A stretch of DNA of 64,000 nt, from contig CBDFFH010000051.1 in assembly GCA_965246715.1 (NCBI GenBank), forward strand, positions 32,001 through 96,000, given 5' to 3'. Below, piece after piece: positions 10,424 through 21,127 of this stretch. Below the pieces are notes generated by a model that worked only from the letters and a program-made list of their open reading frames with translations, was not told the origin of the DNA and did not search any database. The position numbers and the translations under genes are program-made. This DNA comes from Chamaesiphon sp. (GTDB lineage Bacteria; Cyanobacteriota; Cyanobacteriia; Cyanobacteriales; Chamaesiphonaceae). Position 1 is the first letter of the stretch. The number at the start of each line of letters is the position of its first letter.

Positions 10424-10957
10424 CTAACCACCGACAATCGCCGCAATATCTAATAAAAAGATCGCGGGTCGCTCGGCCGTATCGCTGGATAACGCACTGA
10501 CACAGTGAATTTGACTATGCTGGCGGTAGATTTCTGGCAAAGGTTGAAATGCCGACACTGGTATTGATTGGATGCTCGGCGCTGAATCGATCGGCAGTCC
10601 GACTAGCCGATCTGGATCGGGTTGGAGCACCAATAGATACTTTACAACTGACGGATTTTCATCAGACATGCCGCCGAGCGTTTGTTTCGAACTCGGTGGT
10701 AAAATCTGCACCGCTCGACCGAAGATGCGATGTCCGACATCGATAACGACGAGTTCTCGACCTTGATATGTCGTCAAACTGAACCCAGTATTATTGGGGT
10801 CGCCGTATACCCGATCGAGTGTCATGACTTTGTGCACGCGATCGAGTGGCAGGGCAAACGTCTCTGTCCCCAACTTGAAGGTAATCAGCCGTTGAGTTAG
10901 CTCGGCTCGGTCTTGCGCAGCCAATCGCCGCGAGCGCAATGGAGAATAAATAGCCAT
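10424..10957 (-). CDS. CheW-like protein
   Basis: LITFKLGTETFALPL...LVVIDVG...VGLPIDSAP CheW-fold motifs; divergent from the taxis operon. Confidence 0.85.
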   Translation of the reverse strand: MAIYSPLRSRRLAAQDRAELTQRLITFKLGTETFALPLDRVHKVMTLDRVYGDPNNTGFSLTTYQGRELVVIDVGHRIFGRAVQILPPSSKQTLGGMSDENPSVVKYLLVLQPDPDRLVGLPIDSAPSIQSIPVSAFQPLPEIYRQHSQIHCVSALSSDTAERPAIFLLDIAAIVGG

Positions 10958-10960
10958 AAA

Positions 10961-10992
10961 ATTATGAGTTATGAATTATGAATTATGAATGA
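10961..10992. repeat. STRR-type heptamer array (ATTATGA)n
   Basis: ATTATGA GTTATGA ATTATGA ATTATGA ATGA. Confidence 0.8.
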
Positions 10993-11002
10993 GGTCTACT
11001 GA

Positions 11003-11305
11003 ATGCACTAATGCAAAGCGAGACACGATTCACACCAACTAGACCCAATTAGACCTTCCACCGGGGAGTTTGAGGTATGGCGTTCCGCACGATTGGGTTC
11101 GATCTGTGAATGCTTTCATCACAAACAACCCTAACAAACAACTTACTGGAGGCACTAATGCGAAGCGCGCTTCGCTACACATCAGCAAAACCTTACGCAG
11201 AGGAGTTTGAGGAGCGGCGTTCCGCTCCTCAACGGGGGGTCTGGGGGTCGGCACCCCCAGATCCGGGTTCCACCCACCAGCAACTTGCATAGAAGCACAA
11301 GTTAA
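11003..11305 (+). repeat. Internal core of the GGGGTCTGGGGG/CCCCCAGATCC repeat element, partially duplicated, no IRs
   Basis: GGAGTTTGAGGAGCGGCGTTCCGCTCCTCAACGGGGGGTCTGGGGG...CCCCCAGATCCGGGTTCCACCCACCAGCAAC matches about 30888-30970; a second partial copy lies at about 11003-11090. Confidence 0.75.
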
Positions 11306-11613
11306 AGATCCAATGAGTAATGGCCGATCCTTGGGATCGCCCGCGATAGCTAAGACTGCCAATGCTAAAACGATCGCACCACTAATATAGTTCCACTTTT
11401 AAAGCAGGAAGTTACTACTGCCGCTAGATAACAACGTAATTCATCACCCACCACTCATGATTCATAATTTCCCAATGTGATTTTTGCGATTCGATCGGGG
11501 AAACATAAAGAAGCAATACTTCTACCTGTAAAATCTTCGATCGACATTTTCATCATCATCTTTTTGATTTCTGTGCCCTCCCTCCCAAATCCACTAAGCT
11601 ATGAGTTTGAGCC

Positions 11614-12879
11614 ATGAACCAGGGTTCTAGCAGCGTTGCTGATACCGAGAAAACACTAAACCCGATTAAATTATTAGAACAATTAGCTACTTCCCAAGCT
11701 AAAGGTTGCTTGCGTGTTACTTCCCATGACATTGTTTGGCTGCTGTATTTTTATGAGGGTAAGTTATTTTATGCTAACCACTCATTAGAACCGATCGAAC
11801 GTCTGGAACAACATCTACGTCGGGTTAGTCCAGAACCATTACCTAGTCATGTTTACAGCGATTTGCGCGACCAGCTCAAGGGTGCTGGGCTGGAAGCTAC
11901 CTATCCTAGCCCCGATTATCAGGCGATCCGCTGGTTACTGGGACAGGAACATATTACCGAGCAAATTGCGGGCGCGCTAGTCAAAAGTATTACCAAAGAG
12001 GTGATGCAGTCCTATCTGTTGCTTACTACAGGTACTAGTGAATTAGTAGCACGAGAGGCAGCTTTTCCAATCTGGTGGAGCGGTAATTTTCTATTTATTA
12101 CCAAGGAGTGTCAAACAGAACTCCACGCATGGCAAGCATTGCAGCCAGCGATCCAATCACCTTATCAACGTCCTTATCTGATCGCTGTCGAGCATCCCTT
12201 GCTCACGCCAGATGTCAAGGCAAAGTTGAGTAAAATCCTGATCGGATTTAGCTTTCGGCAGTTATCCTTACTGCTCAAGCAAGACGAGCTTGCCGTTGCT
12301 AACAACCTCCATCGGTTGATTAATAATCGCATCGTCGGCTTGCGTCCGCCCCAACCACCATTCGATCGAATGCATAAATTTTATGCATCGGCAGAAGATC
12401 CAGATCGGTTTACCGAGCAAGCCCAAACGATCACCGCTACGCTCAATGCTGTAGCTACTAACGACTCAGCCCACAATCCCAGCACGGGTGACTTAGCTCA
12501 AGCTACTTACAAAATTGCTTGTGTGGACGATAGCCCGACGATTTTACGGGAAATCAATCGGTTCCTAGATGGCGAGAGTTTCAAAGTATTTCCGATCGTC
12601 GATTCGGGAACAGCGTTGATGAAGATCATTCGGATCAATCCTGACATTATTTTATTGGATGTGGGGATGCCGACGATCGATGGTTATAAGCTCTGTTCGA
12701 TGTTACGCAAACATCCAGCATTTAAGAAAACCCCGATTGTGATGGTTACGGGAAATACAGGGATTATCGATCGCGCTAAAGCAAAAATGGCCGGATCTAC
12801 CGACTATATGACCAAACCGTTTACCCAATCCGGATTGATTGAAATGGTATCGAGACATTTGATGGTAGAACATCACTAA
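11614..12879 (+). CDS. PatA-family response regulator (PATAN/DUF4388 N-domain plus receiver)
   Basis: N-terminal GCLRV...LYFYEGKLFYA; C-terminal receiver CVDDS...LLDVGMP...VTG...TKPF; first gene of the taxis cluster. Confidence 0.92.
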   Translation: MNQGSSSVADTEKTLNPIKLLEQLATSQAKGCLRVTSHDIVWLLYFYEGKLFYANHSLEPIERLEQHLRRVSPEPLPSHVYSDLRDQLKGAGLEATYPSPDYQAIRWLLGQEHITEQIAGALVKSITKEVMQSYLLLTTGTSELVAREAAFPIWWSGNFLFITKECQTELHAWQALQPAIQSPYQRPYLIAVEHPLLTPDVKAKLSKILIGFSFRQLSLLLKQDELAVANNLHRLINNRIVGLRPPQPPFDRMHKFYASAEDPDRFTEQAQTITATLNAVATNDSAHNPSTGDLAQATYKIACVDDSPTILREINRFLDGESFKVFPIVDSGTALMKIIRINPDIILLDVGMPTIDGYKLCSMLRKHPAFKKTPIVMVTGNTGIIDRAKAKMAGSTDYMTKPFTQSGLIEMVSRHLMVEHH

Positions 12880-13004
12880 CCCGATCGATTTATCACCGAT
12901 CTTTAGCCCGTTGGCGAAGCCTCCGCTTTGCGGAATCGGGGCAAGCGTTAATCGATCTTGGTTTCCGGGCACAATAAATTTAGCAAAGAAGGAAAATCGC
13001 ACAA

Positions 13005-13367
13005 ATGGTCAAGATTTTGGTTGTAGAAGATACCCCATCAGAGATGAAGCTGATGACTCTTTATCTCAAAGACAATGGTTATGCAGTTGTTTCGGCTGAC
13101 AATGCCAAAGATGGGCTAGCTTTAGTCACGAAAGAAAATCCCGATATCGTAATTACTGATGTAGTGATGGAGGGGATGAATGGCTTTGAATTTTGCCGGA
13201 TGTTAAAGAAAAATCCTGACACCGAGAAAATTCCGGTCATTGCCTGTACCTCGCGCAATCAAGATTTAGATAAATTGTGGGGCAAAAAACAGGGCGTGGA
13301 TGTCTATGTCACCAAGCCTTATTCTCAAGAAGATATTATCAACGCAGTTAAGTCTGTTTCTAAGTAG
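13005..13367 (+). CDS. CheY-like single-domain response regulator
   Basis: VVEDT, ITDVVM, TKPY; AAGGA RBS. Confidence 0.95.
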   Translation: MVKILVVEDTPSEMKLMTLYLKDNGYAVVSADNAKDGLALVTKENPDIVITDVVMEGMNGFEFCRMLKKNPDTEKIPVIACTSRNQDLDKLWGKKQGVDVYVTKPYSQEDIINAVKSVSK

Positions 13368-13469
13368 TGAATCATCGACAGTGGATTGTGGATAGTAGCC
13401 GAGCGGCTACTATTTGTAACTCATCATTCATCATTCACAATTTAATTATTTTTGGTTACTTAAAAAGCT

Positions 13470-13973
13470 ATGAATGGTGTTAGTACCGCATTACCAACTA
13501 GACGAGCGCGCGATACTGCTGGCGAAATGTTTTTGAGCTTTAAACTCGACAACCAAACCACAGCAGTGGTGCCGATGCACCAAACCCAGGAAGCTCTCAT
13601 TTTGCCATCAGATCGGGTTTCAGTTATCCCCAATCTCCCCTCGACCGTCTTAGGACTATTCAATCGCCGGAGTAGCTTACTGTGGCTGGTAGATCTCCCG
13701 GAACTGCTGGGATTGGAACCACTCGATCGACATTGCCAGAGTTACGACTTGGTATTACTCAAAGTCGGACAAATACCACTAGCAGTTGCAGTGAAGGCGA
13801 TTCAGGGCGTAGTTCGATTTGCCATTGATGAGATCAAATCGCCGATTGGCAGTTTCAATCCAGCTTTTACACCTTATTTGCGGGGCTGGATTTTAAAGGA
13901 ACAAGAATTGGTATTGATTTTAGATCCCGAAGCGATTATTAATACGCGGGCACTAACAGGCGATCGACCGTAA
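13470..13973 (+). CDS. cheW: CheW coupling protein
   Basis: IPNLPSTVLGLFNRRSSLLWLVDL motif; operon position. Confidence 0.92.
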   Translation: MNGVSTALPTRRARDTAGEMFLSFKLDNQTTAVVPMHQTQEALILPSDRVSVIPNLPSTVLGLFNRRSSLLWLVDLPELLGLEPLDRHCQSYDLVLLKVGQIPLAVAVKAIQGVVRFAIDEIKSPIGSFNPAFTPYLRGWILKEQELVLILDPEAIINTRALTGDRP

Positions 13974-14018
13974 CTAACATTTACAGCGCTTATTATATTA
14001 AATCACATCATCTACATT

Positions 14019-17000
14019 ATGAATCAGTATAACGACTCAAATACGACTAGTTTCGATCGAGCTGCGCTCCTGAATCCCGAAGCAGAGATGCCCACCTCGA
14101 AGTGGAATAAACTGAGCTTCAAAACTAAGGCAACTTTGCTCGCGATCGTGCTCGGTATCACCCCAATTTTAGCAGTTGGAACGCTCGGTTATTTTCAGAT
14201 TAATGCTGCAACTGACAAGCAGATTACTAAATCCCAGAATGCTCTAGCTGAAGCTGTTGCTGATAAACTCAATCGGTTCGTCTTCGAGCGGAATGGTGAT
14301 GTGGAAACTCTAGCCGCACAGCCTGTATTTGCCGATGCTAAACTATCGGCAATCACTTCACTAGAGGATAAAACTAAACTCCTCGACCAATATGTTGTCA
14401 GCTATCAAGTATATGACAGTATTGCAATTTTCGATCTCAAAGGCGAACCACTCGTCCAAAATAAAGGGGTAGCTAGATTAAATAATCATCTCGATCGCAA
14501 GTATTTTCAAGAAGTTTTAAAAACAGGGAAAACTGTAATTTCCGAGCCAGAAATATCTAAAACTAGTGGTAAAATGGTCGTCCATTTTGCCGCACCGATT
14601 AAAGATGTAGTTAGCGGTCAGATCGTCGGTGTGATTCGGACGAGAACGCCTGTCGAGCGATTAGAAGTACCGTTGAGAGATCTTGCCACCAAGCATCAAG
14701 ACTACCATATCCTCGATCGGCGCACGAACAAAGTCTTTATCAGTTCCAATGGCGAATATGCAAATCAACTAGAAACGCCAGACATGAAGCAGGCTCGCGA
14801 GCAAGGCGGGATCGTGCATCACCTGAATAAAGTTTCCGACCACAAAGATCGGGCAAAGGTAGCTTCAGATACTAGTAAAGCTACCGAGCAAGATCATTAT
14901 GAATTATTTAGTGCCGCACCATTTAAAAAATTAGATGGGATGCAACAACTACCTTGGGAAGCAGTAGTTACTCTGGATGATGAAGAAGCATACGCCGAAC
15001 TTCAAGGACTAATGCTGACGATCTTAGCAGGGGCTGGATTGACAGCCTTATTTACGGTTGTCTTAGGTACCTTCTTTGCCGATCGCGCGGCAACCCCGCT
15101 CGTGGCCGCAGCCAAAGTAGTCGAACGCATCGGGCAAGGCGATTTTGACAGTCGCATCAATGTCACTAGTGCTGACGAAATCGGTCAATTGGGTGGCAAT
15201 ATCAACTTGATGGCGAATCAAATTCAAGGACTGTTGCACGAACAAGCCGAACGCTCGAAACGGACGGATTTATACGCTGAAATCTCGCGTGCTCGATCGT
15301 TAGAAGATCTCGAAACACCGCTATCGCACATCTTATTTGAAGCGTTAGAAATCCTCAAAGTCGATCGGGTGGTCGTCTACCGCTTTATGGCAGACAATCG
15401 CGGCTATATCGCTGGGGAAGCATTTGGTGCGGGCGGTACGAGTGCGATTAGAGAACAAATCAACGATCCTTGTATCCCAGAAGAGTTGCTGACAGCCTAC
15501 GCTCAAGGGCGCACGATTGTCAATAACAGCGTGGCGGATAATAACTATCATCCCGATCATAAAGCCTTATTAGCGAGATTGAACGTCAAATCCAATCTGA
15601 TCGTCCCGATCGTCCAAAACGGTAACTTACTCGGCTTGTTAGTCGCACATCACTGTCGCCAACCGCACGATTGGCAAGAGTGGGAAACTGCCTATCTAGC
15701 TAAATTTGCCCAACCGATCGCGACTGCCCTCAGTGGCTTCGCCATCTCCGAGCGCGGCCAACTCGATGCTACCAAACAACGGGATAAGGCAGTTCGCGAA
15801 CAGTTACTCTCGACAATCACCCGCGCTCAATCTCCCACAGATATGGAAGCACCATTATCTTTTATTCTGGAGGACGCACGGGCAAAACTCGCTGCCGATC
15901 GAGTGGTAGTATATCGGTTATTCCCCGACCTGCGGGGTCATACTATCGGTGAAGTTGTCCTCCCTGGGTTTTCCAGTGCGTTAGAGGATAAGACCGAGGA
16001 TGCCTGTATTCCCCGTGAAAGTATAGAAGCATACGCTCAGGGTCGCACGATTGCCAATAACGATTTGAGCAAGTCCAGTTATTGCACCGACCATAAGAAT
16101 TTATACAACAGACTGCAAATCAAGTCCAATCTGGTCGTACCGATCCTGCAAGGGAATAACTTACTCGGACTTTTGGCAGCCCACCACTGTGCCAATTTAC
16201 ATGAGTGGGAAGCCTGGGAAACTGAATATCTGATCGAATTTTCGCAACAGCTCGGGTTGAGTATGAGTGCTTATGCAATTACCGAGCGGAGTCAATACGA
16301 AGCCGAATTAGCTCGCGAACGCGCTGAAGTTTCCCGCAAAGAAAACGAAAACCGCCAACAAGAACTGTTCAGATTGTTAACTGAAATTGAAGGCGCATCC
16401 GACGGTGACTTGACCGTGCGATCGGAAATCAGCGATGGGGAAATCGCGATCGTCGGTGACTTCTTTAACTCGATTATCGAAAGTCTGCGCGATATCGTTA
16501 CCAATGTAAAACAAGCTGCAACCCAGGTAAACGGCTCCGTTGGTGACAATGAAGCAGAAATCCGCCTGCTGACTTCTGCGGCAACCAAACAAGCCGACCA
16601 AATCCAAGAGACATTAGCCAAAATCGAGACAGTAACTGCCTCGATCCAATCGGTGGCACAGGATGCACGGCAAGCTGCAACTGTTGCAACGTCGGCTGCT
16701 TCGAGCGCTGAAGACGGTGGTAAAGCGATGGAGCGGACAGTAAATAGTATCGGCCAACTGCGCGAAACGATCGCCGAAACAGCCAAGAAAGTTAAACGTC
16801 TGGGTGAGTCGTCCCAACAGATTTCTAAAGTCAGCCGCTTGATCGAACAAATCGCCCTCCAAACCAACCTGCTCGCCATCAACGCCAGTATCGAAGCAGC
16901 ACGGGCGGGTGAAGAAGGACGCGGTTTCGCAGTCGTAGCCGAAGAAGTCGGCCAACTCGCCGCGCAATCTGCCGCAGCAACCAAGGAAATCGAAAAAATC

Positions 17001-17354
17001 GTTGAAACCATTCAACGCGAAACTAGCGCGGTCGCTCAAGCAATGGAACTGAGTACCTCTCAGGTAGTCGAAGGTACCCAATCCGTCGAGCAAACCAAGA
17101 CCAGTCTCAAACAGATTATCGAACTCTCCAATCAAATGGATGTCTTCCTACAATCGATCTCGACAGCGACCATCGATCAGGTAGCTACTTCCCAAGCAGT
17201 GAAACTAGATATGGCCGCAGTCGCGCGGATTTCGGAACAAACTTCCGACTCCTCCAAGCAAGTATCGACCTCACTCCAACAAACGGTAACTATCGCTCAG
17301 GAACTGCAAGCTTCGGTAGGTAAGTTTAGAGTCGATGCTGCCGATCGGAATTAG
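14019..17354 (+). CDS. Methyl-accepting chemotaxis/phototaxis receptor (TM-Cache-TM-HAMP-2xGAF-MA), PixJ-like
   Basis: Two TM helices around a Cache-like domain, HAMP (DEIGQLG), two DRVVVYR GAF repeats, and the [33 protein letters not shown] signalling tip. Confidence 0.93.
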   Translation: MNQYNDSNTTSFDRAALLNPEAEMPTSKWNKLSFKTKATLLAIVLGITPILAVGTLGYFQINAATDKQITKSQNALAEAVADKLNRFVFERNGDVETLAAQPVFADAKLSAITSLEDKTKLLDQYVVSYQVYDSIAIFDLKGEPLVQNKGVARLNNHLDRKYFQEVLKTGKTVISEPEISKTSGKMVVHFAAPIKDVVSGQIVGVIRTRTPVERLEVPLRDLATKHQDYHILDRRTNKVFISSNGEYANQLETPDMKQAREQGGIVHHLNKVSDHKDRAKVASDTSKATEQDHYELFSAAPFKKLDGMQQLPWEAVVTLDDEEAYAELQGLMLTILAGAGLTALFTVVLGTFFADRAATPLVAAAKVVERIGQGDFDSRINVTSADEIGQLGGNINLMANQIQGLLHEQAERSKRTDLYAEISRARSLEDLETPLSHILFEALEILKVDRVVVYRFMADNRGYIAGEAFGAGGTSAIREQINDPCIPEELLTAYAQGRTIVNNSVADNNYHPDHKALLARLNVKSNLIVPIVQNGNLLGLLVAHHCRQPHDWQEWETAYLAKFAQPIATALSGFAISERGQLDATKQRDKAVREQLLSTITRAQSPTDMEAPLSFILEDARAKLAADRVVVYRLFPDLRGHTIGEVVLPGFSSALEDKTEDACIPRESIEAYAQGRTIANNDLSKSSYCTDHKNLYNRLQIKSNLVVPILQGNNLLGLLAAHHCANLHEWEAWETEYLIEFSQQLGLSMSAYAITERSQYEAELARERAEVSRKENENRQQELFRLLTEIEGASDGDLTVRSEISDGEIAIVGDFFNSIIESLRDIVTNVKQAATQVNGSVGDNEAEIRLLTSAATKQADQIQETLAKIETVTASIQSVAQDARQAATVATSAASSAEDGGKAMERTVNSIGQLRETIAETAKKVKRLGESSQQISKVSRLIEQIALQTNLLAINASIEAARAGEEGRGFAVVAEEVGQLAAQSAAATKEIEKIVETIQRETSAVAQAMELSTSQVVEGTQSVEQTKTSLKQIIELSNQMDVFLQSISTATIDQVATSQAVKLDMAAVARISEQTSDSSKQVSTSLQQTVTIAQELQASVGKFRVDAADRN

Positions 17355-17506
17355 GCTTTAGGCTTTAGGCTTTAGGGTTCTGTTAGACGCAAGCGTCTTC
17401 AATCCTAAAGTCAAGTCCTAGAGCTTAGATCCAAAGTCTAAACACTAAAATTAAAATTGCCTACTCCCTAGTTCCTAAAGCCTAAAGTCTAAAACCTAAA
17501 GCCTAA
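17351..17506. repeat. Inverted pair of STRR heptamer arrays, (TTAGGCT)n and (CCTAAAG)n
   Basis: TTAGGCT x3-4 at 17351-17378 and the reverse-complement-type array at 17473-17506 between the MCP and cheA. Confidence 0.8.
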
Positions 17507-20500
17507 ATGATTACCTCAGATCAAGAACAACAAGTCAAACTCCAATTTTTGGAAGAAGCGACGGATTATTTAGACGCGATCGAATCGGGACTGCTGGGAC
17601 TGGGTGCTGGTGCAGTGACAGACAAGCAGTTGGACGCACTCCTGCGCGCGGCACACTCGATCAAGGGTGGTGCGGCGATGATGGGATTTACTACCTTAGC
17701 TAGTTTGGGTCACCATCTGGAGGATTATTTTAAAATTATCCAGTACGGTAGAGCCGACAAGCCCGATGCCCAGGTCGAGCAACTATTATTAGGTACGGTC
17801 GATTGTTTGCGGCAAATTGTCGCCTTCAATCGCCAAGGTCGCGATGCCGATGAGGCTTGGCTAACAGAGCGGGTCAATCCGTTATTCGATCGATTGCGCG
17901 CTCGCTTAGGCGAGTTCAATCCTGAAGATGAAGCCAATATGTTGGCTTCAGAATCTGGTGAAGATATTCACGCCTTTATCTTTGAAACTGAAGTCGAACG
18001 CTGTCTGACTGACTTAGAAACGATGGTGGCCAGCGGTGAAAATACCAATAGTTTGTATGATGAGCTGATCGTTGGTGCTGAGGAATTATGTGGTCTGGCT
18101 CAAATGCTGGAGTTACCGCCACTAGTGAGCTTGTGCGAATCGGTCTTAGCACATTTGACTACGCAACCGCATCAAATTAGAGCGATTGCCGCACTGGCAC
18201 TTACAGCCTGGCGACGCACTCAGGCAATGGTACTAATCGGTCAAATTGCCAATCTCCCGATCGAGATCGAACTACCGGGATCTGGCATCATGTCGATGGC
18301 CGAGGCAAATGCCCTACCAGCATGGAGCAATCTCGACCTCGATCGCAATGATGCCGCTCCCACATTCGATCGGCGGGATGCGAATGACTTTGTACTTGTC
18401 GGTGATGTCGATCTCTACGAACAGCACCCGACAATTAACGATTTAAGTGACGAAGAGTTCAATATTGACTATGCACCGTTTGGTGAAAATGTCAGCGCCA
18501 ACGATTTTGGTGCTTTTGAAGATCCATTTGCCGATATTGGTGCTACCGTACCGCAATCTTTCTCGACAATTACGGCTAGTGATGAGTTAGAGGCATTATC
18601 GACGCTCGTCGATCGAGATGAGACGGACGAGATTCACTTTCAAACTACGATTGCCAATGAGATTCATTTCCAAACCACCATTGCCGATGACGGGGGTGAA
18701 ACCCTCAGTCCGATCGATTCGATCCACCTCCAGACGACGATCTCACCCACCGAAGAAGGTGACATCATCAATGCGTTCGATCGATTGGATCTCAGCGGCG
18801 ATCTGTCGCTCGATCTCGATACCGATGCCTCAGCACTGCTATCCGATCTATCTGGCTTCCTGCCGGGGCCAGAAGATGGCTCCTCGGCGATCTTTAAGGT
18901 TAACCCCACAACCAAGGCTGAAGATTATCTAGCCAAAGAAGCTGCCGATCTGCTGACAGCCCTCGATGCTGCGCCCGAAGTCTCAGCTGAATCAGTCGTC
19001 CATCGCGAACATAATCATGCCGAGCGTCCGCAAGCTGGTACTTCAGTTGCCGACCAAACGATTCGCGTCGCGACCAAACAATTAGAACAGATTGGGGATT
19101 TATTTGGTGAATTGACGATCGATCGTAATGGCTTGAATCTCCATCTCCAAGGACTGCGCCAGTTAGTCACTGGTCTCCACCTCAAGGTTCAACAATTAGA
19201 ACAATCTAACTCGCGACTGCGGGCGGTTTATGACAGTACTGCTGGGGAAGGACGACAATCGCTCCCTGAAACCGAAACTTGGGAGCAGACACACAACACC
19301 TTATCTCAACAATTTACCAGCCAACTCGATCTGCTCGAATTCGATCGCTATAGCGAAACGCACCTCCTCTCGCAGGAAGTGATGGATACGATCGTCCAAA
19401 TCGAAGAGATCGCCACCGACCTCGACCTCCAACTCAACGATACCGAACGCACCACCCGCGACCTCAATCGGACTGCCAAGCAACTCCAGACAGGCCTGAC
19501 TCAAGTCCGGATGCGCCCGATCTCCGAACTCTTCAATCGATTCCCCAGAGCGATTCGGAACCTGTCCGTCCAACACGCCAAACCGATCGATCTCAAGCTC
19601 CGAGGCGGCGATACCCCGATCGAGCGGAGCACGCTCGAAGCGCTCAACGATCCGTTGATGCACTTGCTGCGGAACGCCTTCGACCACGGGATCGAACCAA
19701 GTGCCACCCGTCGTGCTAATGGTAAATCTGGCACGGGCACGATCGAAATCGTCGCTAGTTATCGGGGCAACCAAATTGTGATTACCATTAAAGATGATGG
19801 TGGTGGCATCGACCTCGATAAAATCCGTGCCAAAGTTCGGAAAATGGGTATCAGCGAGGCCGAAGTCGCTAAATTTAAAGATAACGAACTGATCGATCTG
19901 ATTTTTGAGCCGGGATTTAGTACTGCCGATAAGCTCACCGATCTCTCTGGACGCGGTGTGGGAATGGATGTGGTTCGCACCAATATTCGCTCTTTGCATG
20001 GCGATATTTATGTCGATACCGAATTGGGCAAAGGGAGTACGTTTACTATTAATGTCCCCTTTGCGCTTTCCGTCATTCGCGTCCTGATCGTCGAGGTCAA
20101 TGGCTTGTGGTTGGCAATTCCTAGCAATATCGTCGAAGAAATTCTCCTCCTCGATCCTGCTCAAATTATCAATACTGCTGGACAGAAATTGCTACAGTGG
20201 GCAGATCTGACAATGCATCTGATCGAGCCAGCTCGATACCTCGCATTCTCTCATACCAGTCCTCAACTTACTACCAACACACAACCGACGATCGATTGTC
20301 CGACCGTATTAACCATCGATCGAGGACAAGATATCGTCGCCTTCCAAATTGATAAATTCTGGGGCGAGCAAGAAGTCACGATCCGCCAGCCTCAAGGCAA
20401 TATTAAAATGCCGCCCGGATTTACTGGTTGTACGATCCTCGGCGACGGTCGGATCGTCCCATTATTAGACGCGATCGAGTTTATTCGCTGGATCGATGGC

Positions 20501-20998
20501 GATTTAGCAACTTCTTCTAGCACGATGTCAACTACATTCGCTGCAATCGAAACCGCTGCTCCGTCGGCCGAGCAGCTGAGTGGAACGAGAATCTTGCCTA
20601 ACTCTACTACTCCAGCCGCTCCTACTCAAAGATCGCGGATCCTCGTTGTTGACGACTCCATCAACGTCCGGCGCTTTGTCGCCCTTACCCTCGAAAAAGC
20701 TGGATATCTAGTCGAGCAAGCCAAAGACGGTCAAGAAGCCGTCGAAAAGCTCCAAACCGGTCTCTCCGTTCAAGCCGTAGTCTGCGATATCGAAATGCCT
20801 CGGATGGACGGTTATGGCTTCTTGGCTACTGTCAAAGGTCAGTCTCAGTTCAAACATATTCCCGTGCTGATGCTCACCTCGCGCAGTGGCGAGAAACACC
20901 GCAAAATCGCCATGAATCTCGGTGCGAATGCTTACTTCTCCAAACCATTTAAGGAACAAGAGTTACTTGCTACCTTGACACAATTTCTGGAGAAATAG
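17507..20998 (+). CDS. cheA: CheA-like hybrid histidine kinase (Hpt-dimerisation-HATPase-CheW-receiver)
   Basis: RAAHSIKG Hpt His, HLLRNAFDHG N-box, DDGGG, FEPGFST, GRGVGMDVV, C-terminal receiver. Confidence 0.96.
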   Translation: MITSDQEQQVKLQFLEEATDYLDAIESGLLGLGAGAVTDKQLDALLRAAHSIKGGAAMMGFTTLASLGHHLEDYFKIIQYGRADKPDAQVEQLLLGTVDCLRQIVAFNRQGRDADEAWLTERVNPLFDRLRARLGEFNPEDEANMLASESGEDIHAFIFETEVERCLTDLETMVASGENTNSLYDELIVGAEELCGLAQMLELPPLVSLCESVLAHLTTQPHQIRAIAALALTAWRRTQAMVLIGQIANLPIEIELPGSGIMSMAEANALPAWSNLDLDRNDAAPTFDRRDANDFVLVGDVDLYEQHPTINDLSDEEFNIDYAPFGENVSANDFGAFEDPFADIGATVPQSFSTITASDELEALSTLVDRDETDEIHFQTTIANEIHFQTTIADDGGETLSPIDSIHLQTTISPTEEGDIINAFDRLDLSGDLSLDLDTDASALLSDLSGFLPGPEDGSSAIFKVNPTTKAEDYLAKEAADLLTALDAAPEVSAESVVHREHNHAERPQAGTSVADQTIRVATKQLEQIGDLFGELTIDRNGLNLHLQGLRQLVTGLHLKVQQLEQSNSRLRAVYDSTAGEGRQSLPETETWEQTHNTLSQQFTSQLDLLEFDRYSETHLLSQEVMDTIVQIEEIATDLDLQLNDTERTTRDLNRTAKQLQTGLTQVRMRPISELFNRFPRAIRNLSVQHAKPIDLKLRGGDTPIERSTLEALNDPLMHLLRNAFDHGIEPSATRRANGKSGTGTIEIVASYRGNQIVITIKDDGGGIDLDKIRAKVRKMGISEAEVAKFKDNELIDLIFEPGFSTADKLTDLSGRGVGMDVVRTNIRSLHGDIYVDTELGKGSTFTINVPFALSVIRVLIVEVNGLWLAIPSNIVEEILLLDPAQIINTAGQKLLQWADLTMHLIEPARYLAFSHTSPQLTTNTQPTIDCPTVLTIDRGQDIVAFQIDKFWGEQEVTIRQPQGNIKMPPGFTGCTILGDGRIVPLLDAIEFIRWIDGDLATSSSTMSTTFAAIETAAPSAEQLSGTRILPNSTTPAAPTQRSRILVVDDSINVRRFVALTLEKAGYLVEQAKDGQEAVEKLQTGLSVQAVVCDIEMPRMDGYGFLATVKGQSQFKHIPVLMLTSRSGEKHRKIAMNLGANAYFSKPFKEQELLATLTQFLEK

Positions 20999-21094
20999 GA
21001 TCGGGAATCGTGAACGTTGGTGAATTGGGTATTGCTGAATTGATGTCCGACTATCCATAATCCACAATCCACAATGGTATTACTGTCAAAATGC

Positions 21095-21127
21095 AAACAA
21101 AAATGGCTGGTAAGTTACTTACCAGCC
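21095..21127 (-). terminator. Rho-independent terminator on the minus strand
   Basis: GGCTGGTAAG-TTA-CTTACCAGCC perfect 10-bp stem with an A-tract on its left, which is a U-tract on the minus strand. Confidence 0.7.

Noticed and set aside
16292..20164. Long antisense ORFs opposite the MCP and cheA (and 29962-30573 opposite rnj)
   Set aside because: Shadow frames of well-supported genes, with no motifs or start signals.
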